Under the pieces are notes generated by a model. The model was not told the origin of the DNA and searched no databases. It saw only the letters and a program-made list of their open reading frames with translations. A stretch of 52,711 bases of DNA from Deltaproteobacteria bacterium (lineage in GTDB: Bacteria > Myxococcota > JACRCW01): contig JACRCW010000143.1 in the NCBI GenBank assembly GCA_016218805.1, positions 1-52,711 of the forward strand. Direction: 5' to 3'. The stretch's first letter is position 1. The number at the start of each line of letters is the position of its first letter. A program made the position numbers and the translations under genes. Positions 1 through 9,300 of the stretch are shown in pieces.

Positions 1-1
1 C

Positions 2-736
<735 letters not shown>

Positions 737-832
737 GCGGCGGGCGTTCTACGGGGCGGCTGGGGTCCCCGTCAAGCGTTTTGACGCGCGGACACCTCTG
801 CGCCGCACGGTCCGGATCGGTAGCTCCGTCCC

Positions 833-1165
833 ATGCACCAGGAGCCGGTTGAGGTTGTCCCCGTGGAGCTGCAGAGCCGGCTGGGCCGGCCGGGAGCGCC
901 CGTCATCGTGGACGTCCGTGAAGCGTGGGAGGTGGCGTTGGCGCCGTTCCCCCACGCGGTCCACATCCCGCTGGGCGAACTCACCACCCGGGCAGCCGGG
1001 GAGTTGTCGCCGGACGCGGAGACGGTGGTGGTGTGCCACCACGGCGTGCGGAGCCTGCAGGGGACGCGGGTGTTGCGGTCACTGGGCTTCCGGGCGGTGC
1101 GCAGCCTGAGGGGCGGAGCGGACCTGTGGAGCCGGACGGTGGACCCGTCCGTGGCCCGCTACTGA
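833..1165 (+). CDS. Rhodanese-like domain protein (single-domain sulfurtransferase)
   Basis: 110 aa. It reads ...VIVDVREAWEVALAPFPHAVHIPLGEL...VVVCHHGVRSLQGTRVLRSLGFRAVRSLRGGADLW, with the active-site Cys in the CHHGVRS loop typical of the rhodanese fold. Confidence 0.75.
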   Translation: MHQEPVEVVPVELQSRLGRPGAPVIVDVREAWEVALAPFPHAVHIPLGELTTRAAGELSPDAETVVVCHHGVRSLQGTRVLRSLGFRAVRSLRGGADLWSRTVDPSVARY

Positions 1166-1212
1166 ACCGCGAAGTGGAGCGCGTGCGGCGGGCGGGCTAG
1201 CGTGGAACGCCG

Positions 1213-3276
1213 ATGGTGGCCCCTTCCCGCACGCCCGACGAGACGCGCGCGCCCTCTCCCCCGCCCGAGCAGCTGGGCAAATACGCGCTGCTGGAGCGCA
1301 TTGGCGTGGGCGGCATGGCGGAGGTGTGGCTGGCGCGGGCGTCGGGCCCGGGGGGGTTTGCCAAGAGCTGCGTGGTGAAGATGGTGCGGCCCGGGGTGGA
1401 CCAGGCCCGCTTCAGCCGCATGTTCATGGATGAAGCGCGCCTGGCGGCGCTGCTCAACCACCCCAACATCGTGCAGCTGTTTGACTTCGGTGAGCACGAG
1501 GGGCGGCTCTTCATTGCCATGGAGTTTGTGCAGGGGCGCACGCTGCGGGCATTGATCAAGAAGTGCGAAACCAAGGGAATGCGCGTCCCGTTGGACCACG
1601 CCGCGCGCATCATGCTGAACGTGCTGGACGGGCTGCACCACGCGCACACGCTGGCGGACGAGCACGGTGACCCGCTGCGCGTCATCCACCGCGACGTGTC
1701 GCCCGAGAACATCATGATCACGTACTCGGGGGTGCCCAAGCTGCTGGACTTCGGCATTGCCAAGGCGACGTTGTCCACGGACCGCACGCGCGACGGGCGC
1801 GCCAAGGGCAAGCTCACGTACATGGCGCCCGAGCAGCTGATGGGGGCGCCGCTGGACCACCGCGTGGACCTCTACGCGGCGGGCACGCTGCTGTACGAGA
1901 CCTGCTGCGGCCGCCATCCGTTCCCTTTCCCCAGCGCAGAACAGCTGGCCCGCGCCATCCTGGATGACCCGGTGACGCCGCCGCAGAAGCTGGACCCCTC
2001 CCTGCCGGATGACCTGTGCGACATCATCATGAAGGCGCTGGAGAAGGACCCGGCCAACCGGTTTGGCTCCGCGGCGGACATGCGCGACGCGCTGGACGGG
2101 TTCCTGCAGACGCTGACGGTGAACACCGCGTTCCCGCGGCTGGACCAGCTGCTGGGCGCGGTGTGGCAGGAGGAGATGGCGGAGGACGCCTCACGCACGC
2201 GCAAGGCCACGGGCAGTTCCACGCAGCAGAGCCTGCCGCCGCGCGGCATCCCCGCCCTGGTGCCCGTGGGCAGCGACGCCGACGTGGAGGACGCCACCGT
2301 GCGCGATCCCCAGGCCAGCCGCGCCATGGCGGCGGCGGCTCAGGCGCTGTCCCACAGCCACCCGCGCGCGCAGCCGGCCACGCGGTCGGAGTTCGGCATC
2401 TCGGCCACGTCACAACCGGACTTTCCGCCGCCACCGCCGCTGCCCACCGGCGAGCAGCTGTTGTCCACGGATGACCGGCACCGTCTGGACCAGGTGTTCT
2501 CAGAGGCGGGCGGGCTGGCCCCGCGGCACCTGGAGCCCACCGGCCCCCTGGATGACGAGGTCATCACCGCGCGGCGCTTCCGCGAGGACAGCACGGCCAC
2601 GCCCATGCCGCCGCCGCGCGACGGGGCCGGCCGCGCCGCGCCGCCCTCTTTCACCGGGCCCATCCTGTCCGGGAACATGTGGCACGTGCCGCGGCGCGTG
2701 GGCATCAGCGGGCTGGTTTCGGCGGCCATGGCGTCAGGTGCGGTGTTTGGCGCCACGTTCTGGGTGTTGGGGCTGCGCCAGGGTCAGGGCCAGGTGCCGC
2801 TGCCCATGCCGCCGTCAGCCGGCGTGCTGCACGTGCTGGGGCGCGCGGGGTGCGCGCTGGAGTTGGACGGGCTGTCGCTCGCGCGCAGCCCGGTGGGGTC
2901 GGTGGAGGTGCCGCCCGGGGACCATTCGCTGGTGGCGCGGTGCCCCGGCAGTCCGGCGCAGGAGTTCCCCGTCCGGGGTGACCGGGACACGGTGGTGGTG
3001 CTGTCCGACCCGCCGCGCGGCGCGGACCGCCCGCGTGACCCCGCACCCGCGGCCCCGGCGAACGACCCCGCCGCCGACGAGGGTTACATTGTGGTGATGG
3101 CGCGCAAGCCGGCGAGCGTGTTTGTGGACGGGCGCCGGGTGGGTGACGTCCCGGACAAGCCGCTGGCCGTGCCGCCGGGCTCGCACGTGGTGCGCGTGGT
3201 GACGCGGGACAAAAAGGACCGCACCGTCACCGTGGAAGTGGCCCGGGGCAGGACCGCGACGGCGCGGTTCCCGTAG
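1213..3276 (+). CDS. Eukaryotic-like Ser/Thr protein kinase with Pro-rich linker, TM segment and C-terminal PEGA domain
   Basis: G-loop IGVGGMAEVW, VVKMV lysine, catalytic loop HRDVSPENIMIT, DFGIAKA, YMAPEQ. The C-terminus VVMARKPASVFVDGRRVGDVPDKPLAVPPGSHVVRVV is PEGA-like. Confidence 0.9.
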   Translation: MVAPSRTPDETRAPSPPPEQLGKYALLERIGVGGMAEVWLARASGPGGFAKSCVVKMVRPGVDQARFSRMFMDEARLAALLNHPNIVQLFDFGEHEGRLFIAMEFVQGRTLRALIKKCETKGMRVPLDHAARIMLNVLDGLHHAHTLADEHGDPLRVIHRDVSPENIMITYSGVPKLLDFGIAKATLSTDRTRDGRAKGKLTYMAPEQLMGAPLDHRVDLYAAGTLLYETCCGRHPFPFPSAEQLARAILDDPVTPPQKLDPSLPDDLCDIIMKALEKDPANRFGSAADMRDALDGFLQTLTVNTAFPRLDQLLGAVWQEEMAEDASRTRKATGSSTQQSLPPRGIPALVPVGSDADVEDATVRDPQASRAMAAAAQALSHSHPRAQPATRSEFGISATSQPDFPPPPPLPTGEQLLSTDDRHRLDQVFSEAGGLAPRHLEPTGPLDDEVITARRFREDSTATPMPPPRDGAGRAAPPSFTGPILSGNMWHVPRRVGISGLVSAAMASGAVFGATFWVLGLRQGQGQVPLPMPPSAGVLHVLGRAGCALELDGLSLARSPVGSVEVPPGDHSLVARCPGSPAQEFPVRGDRDTVVVLSDPPRGADRPRDPAPAAPANDPAADEGYIVVMARKPASVFVDGRRVGDVPDKPLAVPPGSHVVRVVTRDKKDRTVTVEVARGRTATARFP

Positions 3277-3529
3277 GACCGCACTATCCCTCCGGAGCGT
3301 CTTCTATCCGGATGTATCAGCGTGGGCCCTCCCGGTGGCGCGCGCGGCGGCCCGTTGCCCGGCACGCGCGTTGCTCCGCCCGTGCGCGCCGGGGCGGGCA
3401 CGTCCCGGTACGAGGACACGGCTCCCGGCAGCGTCCGCGGGCCGCCGGAGAAGACGACGACGGGTTCACCCCGCCGGCGTTCCCTCCCCGGCGTCGCCGC
3501 AGCGGCGTCCTGCAGATCGGGCCGCGCAC

Positions 3530-3603
3530 TCGGTCGTAGCTCAGCGGGATAGAGCACTGGTCTGAAGAACCAGCGGTCGACGGTTCGAATCCGTCCGGCG
3601 CCA
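3530..3603 (+). tRNA. tRNA-Phe(GAA)-like gene with an unpaired 5' acceptor end (possible pseudo-tRNA or relic)
   Basis: D arm TAGCTCAGCGGGATAGAGC, anticodon stem CTGGT/ACCAG with loop CTGAAGA (GAA), and T arm GACGG-TTCGAAT-CCGTC are all canonical. The 3' acceptor strand CGGCGCC+A needs a 5' strand GGCGCCG, but the sequence there is TCGGTCG, so only the inner 4 bp pair. Coordinates are +/-1. Confidence 0.55.
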
Positions 3604-3852
3604 TCGTGGAAGGAGGGAACACCATCGTCCGCTCGTCAGGCCGCCGTGCCGGGAACGCACGGGCCCGACGTGTACCGCCGCGCACCGGGCCAGCCGGACC
3701 GCCATGGGGTCACCTCGGTGACGAGGAGACCCACACCGCGCACTGGCCCGCCCGCTGCAACGCGGCCCCGCAGGGCCGGGCGCCCCGGCAAGGAGGGGCG
3801 GCGGTCTGACGACGGACGGTGGTGGTCCGCCACGCATCATCAGGAGGTCGTC

Positions 3853-4938
3853 ATGCTGCACCGCTTCACCATCCCGTCCCATGAACGCGCGCTGCTCCAC
3901 GTGGACGGCGTGCCCACGGCGTACCTTGGCCCCGGGCGGCACTGGGTGTTCCGCCCGCTGGCGCGCGTGGAACTGGTCCGCTTCAGCGTGGACAAGCTCG
4001 CCGTGGACCTGCGTCCGGAGCAGGCGGCGCTGGCCCCGCCGGGTGAAGTGCGCGTGCTGCAACTGGCGTCCCATGAACGCGCCGTGGTGCACGCGCGCGG
4101 CAAGCCGGCCCTGTGGCTGGGCCCGGGACGGCACGTGTTGTTCACGCTGGACCCGGCGCTGGCCGTTGAGGTGCTGGATACGCGCGGCAACGCCATCACG
4201 CCGCTGGACGCGGAGGTGCGCAAGATCGCCGCGGCGGCGGACTACCTGGAGGTGACCGTGCCGGAGGGGGCGGTGGGCCTGCGCTACGTGGACGGGCGCC
4301 TGGACAACGTGCTGCCGCCGGGACGGCACGCGGCGTGGAAGACCGTGCACCAGGTGAACATTGCCGTGGTAGAAACGCGCGAGCGGCAGCTGGCCATCAG
4401 CGGCCAGGAGGTGATGACCAAGGACCGCGTGAGCCTGCGGCTCAACGTCACCGTGGAGTTCCAGGTGGCGGACCCGCGCAAGCTGGCCACCGTGGCGCGT
4501 GAGGCGGACGACGCGCTCTACCTGGCCGTGCAGTTGGTGACGCGCGATGCGGTCACCTCCCGCACGCTGGACGGGCTGTTGTCCGCGCGTGACGCGCTTG
4601 CGCTGGAACTGCGTCAGGGCGTGGCGGCGCGCGCGGCGGAGCTGGGGCTGCGCGTTGTCACGCTGGGCCTCAAGGACATGATCCTGCCGGGAGAGATCCG
4701 CGAGCTGATGAACAAGGTGATGGAGGCGCAGAAGGCGGCGGAGGCCAACGTCATTGCGCGGCGCGAGGAGATAGCGGCGACCAAGGCGCTGGCCCAGACG
4801 GCGGAGGTGTTGCGCGAGCACCCGGTGTTGCTGCGCCTCAAGGAGCTGGAGGCCTACGGCGAGCTGGCCGGCAAGGTGGGCCAGCTGCACCTGGTGCTGG
4901 GCGACGGCGCGCTGCCGCAACTGCAGCTGCGCACCTGA
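3853..4938 (+). CDS. SPFH/band-7 (stomatin/prohibitin-like) domain protein with triplicated N-terminal motif
   Basis: AGGAGG lies 7 nt upstream of the ATG at 3853. The QEVMTKDRVSLRLNVTVEFQVADPRK core is classic SPFH, followed by a coiled-coil tail (EAQKAAEANVIARREE...). The long Arg/Pro-rich extension back to 3646 in the ORF table is rejected. Confidence 0.8.
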   Translation: MLHRFTIPSHERALLHVDGVPTAYLGPGRHWVFRPLARVELVRFSVDKLAVDLRPEQAALAPPGEVRVLQLASHERAVVHARGKPALWLGPGRHVLFTLDPALAVEVLDTRGNAITPLDAEVRKIAAAADYLEVTVPEGAVGLRYVDGRLDNVLPPGRHAAWKTVHQVNIAVVETRERQLAISGQEVMTKDRVSLRLNVTVEFQVADPRKLATVAREADDALYLAVQLVTRDAVTSRTLDGLLSARDALALELRQGVAARAAELGLRVVTLGLKDMILPGEIRELMNKVMEAQKAAEANVIARREEIAATKALAQTAEVLREHPVLLRLKELEAYGELAGKVGQLHLVLGDGALPQLQLRT

Positions 4939-4999
4939 ACCGTGTCCACCCGCGTGCGGGGGAGGCGGGCGTCGCCAGTCGGCGGGTGGGGGATGGTTG

Positions 5000-5067
5000 C
5001 GGCCCGCCGGCCCCTCACCCGCGGCCCTGGCGGGCCGCGACCTCTCCCCGGCTCCGCCGGGGAGAGG
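5000..5067. terminator. Two GC-rich hairpins between convergent genes (putative bidirectional terminator)
   Basis: GCGGCCCGCC(5000-5009)/GGCGGGCCGC(5030-5039), and an 11-bp perfect stem CCTCTCCCCGG(5041-5051)/CCGGGGAGAGG(5057-5067) with a 5-nt loop. These lie between the SPFH stop (4938) and the ychF stop (5075). Confidence 0.35.
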
Positions 5068-5074
5068 TGTTGCA

Positions 5075-6181
5075 TCACACGTTGAACTTGAAGTGCATCA
5101 CGTCGCCATCCCGCACAACGTACTCCTTGCCCTCCATGGACATCTTGCCGTTGGCCTTGCAGGCGGCTTCGCTGCCGTACTTGAGCAGGTCCTCCCAGCC
5201 AATGACCTCCGCCTTGATGAACCCGCGTTCAAAGTCGCTGTGGATCTTCCCCGCCGCACCGGGCGCCTTGGTGCCACGCGTGATGGTCCACGCGCGGACT
5301 TCCTTTTCGCCGGCGGTGAAGAACGTGATGAGGTTCAGCAACGCGTAGCTCTCCCGCACCAGGCGGTTCAGCCCCGGCTCCTTGAGGCCCGCGTGGGAGA
5401 GGAACTCCGCCTGTTCCTCGCGCGGGAGCGCTTGCAGCTGCGCTTCCAGCTCCGCGCAGATGGGCACGCACGGGCTCCCCTGGGCACGCGCAATCTCCGC
5501 CACCTGCGCCACCAGCGGGTGCTTTCCCTCCAGCGCCGCGACGATCTCCGTCTCCTTCACGTTGGCCACGTACAACATCGCCCGCGCCGTCAGCAGGCAC
5601 AGCGACGCGAGCACCTCCCGGCCATCATCATCCAGCTTCATCTTGCGCGCGGGCACGCCCTTGCCCAGCTCCGCGCCAATGAACTCCGTGATCTCCGCCT
5701 GCTTCTTGTCCGCCGCCACGCCGCTCTTGGCCTTGCGCCGCACCGTCTCCAGCCGCTTCTCCACGGTGGCCAGGTCGGACAGCAGCAGCTCGGCCTCAAT
5801 GGTCTCAACATCGCGCTTGGGGTTCACGCTGCCGTCCACGTGCACCACGTTGTCATCCACAAAGCAGCGCACCACGTGCGCCACCGCGTCCGTCTCACGG
5901 ATGTGTGCCAGGAACTGGTTGCCCAGCCCTTCACCCTTGCTGGCGCCGCGCACCAACCCGGCAATGTCCACAAACTCGTAGGTGGCCGGCACCACGCTGG
6001 CGGGCTTCACCAGCGCGACGATACGGTCAAACCGGTCATCCGGGACCGGGACGACCCCCACGTTGGGTTCAATGGTGCAGAACGGGTAGTTGGCCGCCTG
6101 CGCCTGCGCGTTGCTGAGCGCGTTGAAGAGGGTGGACTTCCCAACGTTGGGAAGCCCGACGATGCCGCACTTGAATGCCAT
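5075..6181 (-). CDS. ychF: Ribosome-binding ATPase YchF (Obg-family P-loop GTPase/ATPase)
   Basis: MAFKCGIVGLPNVGKSTLFNAL...TITRGTKAPGAAGKIHSDFERGFIKAEV...FKFNV, 368 aa, with a GGAAGG RBS upstream. This is the C-terminal part of the long minus ORF 5075..8485; the rest of that ORF is antisense to the next gene. Confidence 0.9.
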   Translation of the reverse strand: MAFKCGIVGLPNVGKSTLFNALSNAQAQAANYPFCTIEPNVGVVPVPDDRFDRIVALVKPASVVPATYEFVDIAGLVRGASKGEGLGNQFLAHIRETDAVAHVVRCFVDDNVVHVDGSVNPKRDVETIEAELLLSDLATVEKRLETVRRKAKSGVAADKKQAEITEFIGAELGKGVPARKMKLDDDGREVLASLCLLTARAMLYVANVKETEIVAALEGKHPLVAQVAEIARAQGSPCVPICAELEAQLQALPREEQAEFLSHAGLKEPGLNRLVRESYALLNLITFFTAGEKEVRAWTITRGTKAPGAAGKIHSDFERGFIKAEVIGWEDLLKYGSEAACKANGKMSMEGKEYVVRDGDVMHFKFNV

Positions 6182-6301
6182 CTGCCTTCCTGGGTGGTCC
6201 GGGGGGGGCCCCGGGGGGCGCGCCTTGTGGCCCACACGCGCGCCACTTTCAACTGTGCCGGGGTGTCGCCGCCGGGCGCGCTCCGGTATGAGACCGCGCC
6301 C

Positions 6302-9300
6302 ATGGTCCGCGTGGTCGTCGCCGAGAAACCGTCCGTTGCCCGGGACATTGCCCAGGTGCTTGGCGCCAGGTCCCGCGGGGACGGTCATCTGCACGGCTCC
6401 GGTTGGGTGGTGACGTGGGCGTTGGGGCACCTGGTGACGCTGCCGCAACCGCACCAGGTGGACCGGGCGTGGAAGCCCTGGCGCTGGGAACGCCTGCCCA
6501 TGCTGCCGCGCCACTGGCCGCTGGCCGTGCTGGAGAAGACGGCGGATCAGTTTGCCGCGGTGAAGCGCCTCATCACCGGGCAGGACGTGGAGTACGTGGT
6601 GTGCGCCACAGATGCGGGGCGCGAGGGCGAGCTGATCTTCCGCTTCATCTACGACGCCGCCGGCTGTCGCGCGCCCACCCGGCGGTTGTGGATTTCGTCG
6701 CTGACGGCGGACGCCATCCGCCGCGGGTTCGCCGCGCTGCAGCCCGGCTCCGCGCGGGATGCGCTGGCTGAGGCCGCGCGCGGGCGCGCGCAGGCGGATT
6801 GGCTCGTCGGGATGAACCTGAGCCGCGCGTACTCGCTGGGACAGCAGGACGTGTTCAGCGTGGGCCGCGTGCAGACGCCCACGCTGGCCATGCTGGTGGA
6901 GCGCGAGAACGCCATCCGCGCCTTTGTCCCGGCGGATTACCTGGAGGTGGTGGCGAACTTCCGCGCGCCGGGCGGTGCGTACACCGGGCGGTGGTTCGCA
7001 CCCACGCCGGAGAAGGACCCGTTGAGCGCCCGCCGGCGCCTTCCCGCGGAGGGCCAACGTGCGGGGGACATTGCGGCGCGCGTGAACGCCGCGGGACGCG
7101 GCTGCGTGGAGCGCCTGGACGAGGAGACCCGGCGGATGCCGCCCCCGCAGCTGTACGACCTCACCGAGCTGCAGCGCCACGCCAACCGCCTGTTCGGCTT
7201 CAGCGCGGAGAAGACGCTGAACGTTGCGCAGTCCCTCTATGAGACGCACAAGCTGCTGAGCTACCCGCGCACCGACTCGCGCCACCTCTCCGCTGACGTC
7301 GCGGCCACGCTGCCCGCGGTGGTTGCCGCCATCGCGCATGCGTACCAGGGAGACCTGGCGCCGGACACGGGAGCCCGTCCGCTGGGACGCCGCCACGTGG
7401 ATGACACTGAGGTGACCGACCACCACGCGATCATCCCGACGACGGTTGACGCGCGCGCGCTTTCGCTCACGGCGGACGAGCGCAAGGTCTACGACCTGGT
7501 CTGCCGCCGCCTGCTGATGGCCTGGCACCCGGAGCACATCTGGGCGGTCACCAACGTCGTCACGCGGGTGGACACGCCGGCGGGGCCGGAGCGTTTCCAC
7601 AGCCACGGCACCGCGGTGCAACAGGTGGGGTTCAAGGTGCTGGACGTGCAGCGTCCCGGCGCAGCCCGGCGGGCACCCGGCCCGCGGGACGACGACGACG
7701 ACGATGCGGCGGACCAGGACCTGCCCGGCGGGCTGCAAACGGGGCTGGAAGTGGGCGCGGGCGGTGCCAAGGTGGAGCGCAAGCAGACCCGCCCGCCCAA
7801 GCGCTACACGGATGCCACGCTGCTCTCCGCCATGGAGGGTGCGGGCCGCATTGTGGAGGACAAGGAGCTGTCCCGCGCCATGAAGGACCGCGGCCTGGGC
7901 ACGCCCGCCACGCGCGCCGCCATCCTGGAGAACCTCATCAAGCGCGCATACGTGCAGCGGGACGGTCGCGCGCTGGCCGCCACGGACAAGGGCATTGATC
8001 TCATCGCCCGGGTGCATCCCGACGTGAAGAGCCCCGCCATGACGGGCGACTGGGAGGCGCAGCTCAAGGCGGTGGAACGCGGCCAGGGAACGCGCGCGGA
8101 GTTCATCCAGCGGGTGGAGACCTACGTCACCGACGTGGTGGGCCGCGTCCGCAATGACCCGGTGACCACGCGGCCCCCTCCCCCGCCCGCCGCCACTGCG
8201 GCCACGCGGAGCGTGTCGCTGGCCCAGCGTGACATGCAGGACCTCCTCACCCGCGTGTTCGGACACGCCCGCTTCCGCCCGCACCAGGAGGAGGTGTGCC
8301 GCGCCGTCGCGTCGGGGGACAACGCGCTGCTGGTCATGCCCACGGGCGCGGGCAAGTCGCTCTGCTACCAGTTGCCCGGGCTGTGCCGTGGTGGGACCAC
8401 GCTGGTCATCAGTCCGCTCATTGCGCTGATGGAGGACCAGGTGGCCAAGCTCCAGAGCCTGGGCCTGGCCGCGGAGCGCATCCACTCCGGGCGGGACCGC
8501 CCGGCGTCACGCGCGGCGTGTGAGGCCTACCTGCAGGGCACGTTGGACTTCCTGTTCATCGCGCCGGAGCGCCTGGCCGTGCCGGGGTTCCCGGAGCTGC
8601 TCGCCCGCCGCAAGCCTGCGCTCATTGCGGTGGATGAAGCGCACTGCATTTCGCAGTGGGGGCATGACTTCCGTCCTGACTACCGCATGCTGAGCCAGCG
8701 CCTGCCGCTGCTGCTGCCGGCCCCGGTGCTGGCGCTCACCGCCACCGCAACGCCGCGCGTGCAGCAGGACATTGTGGAGCAGCTGGGCATGGAGGCGCCG
8801 CGCCGCTTCATCCACGGTTTCCGACGGGAGAACCTGGCGTTGGAGCTGGTGGAAGTTCCCAAGCCGGCGCGGTTTGAAGCCGCGCTGCGCGCGCTGTCTG
8901 AGCCGGAGCGGCGCCCGGCGATTCTCTACGCGCCCTCGCGGGCGGACGCGGAGGAACTGGCGTCATTCCTGTCACCGCATTTTTCCGCGGCCGCCTACCA
9001 CGCCGGCATGACCGCGCGTGCGCGCGACACCACGCAGACCGCGTTCCAGGCCGGGAAGCTGGACGCGGTGGTGGCGACGATTGCGTTTGGCATGGGCATT
9101 GACAAGGCGGACATCCGTACCGTGGTGCACCTGGCCCTGCCGGTGAGCGTGGAGGGTTACTACCAGGAGGTGGGGCGCGCGGGGCGGGATGGCAAGCCGT
9201 CGCGTGCGGTGCTGATGCACTCCTACGTGGACCGGCGCATGCACCAGTTCTTCCGCGAAAAGACCTATCCACCGACGACGACGCTGGCGCAGCTGCTCAA

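Noticed and set aside
3606-3809. 67-aa ORF in the tRNA-Phe-like / SPFH intergenic region
   Set aside because: Arg/Gly/Pro-rich with no RBS. It lies in what is most likely the SPFH 5' UTR or promoter.
3646-3852. N-terminal 69-codon extension of the SPFH ORF in the table (start 3646)
   Set aside because: The extension is Arg/Pro-rich. AGGAGG sits exactly 7 nt before the internal ATG at 3853, and the SPFH-homologous sequence begins there.
3541-4920. 459-aa minus ORF
   Set aside because: Fully antisense to the SPFH gene and the tRNA-Phe-like gene. R/L/Q-rich with no domain signal.
4997-6301. N-terminal 435 codons of the 1741-aa plus-strand ORF 4997..10222
   Set aside because: This part is antisense to ychF and Arg/Pro-rich. 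The real topoisomerase start is the MVRVVVAEKPS Met at 6302. Long open antisense frames are expected at ~70% GC.
6182-8485. Upstream 768 codons of the minus ORF 5075..8485
   Set aside because: Antisense to the topoIII-RecQ gene, with low-complexity Arg/Gly/His composition. Only the last 368 codons (YchF) are real.
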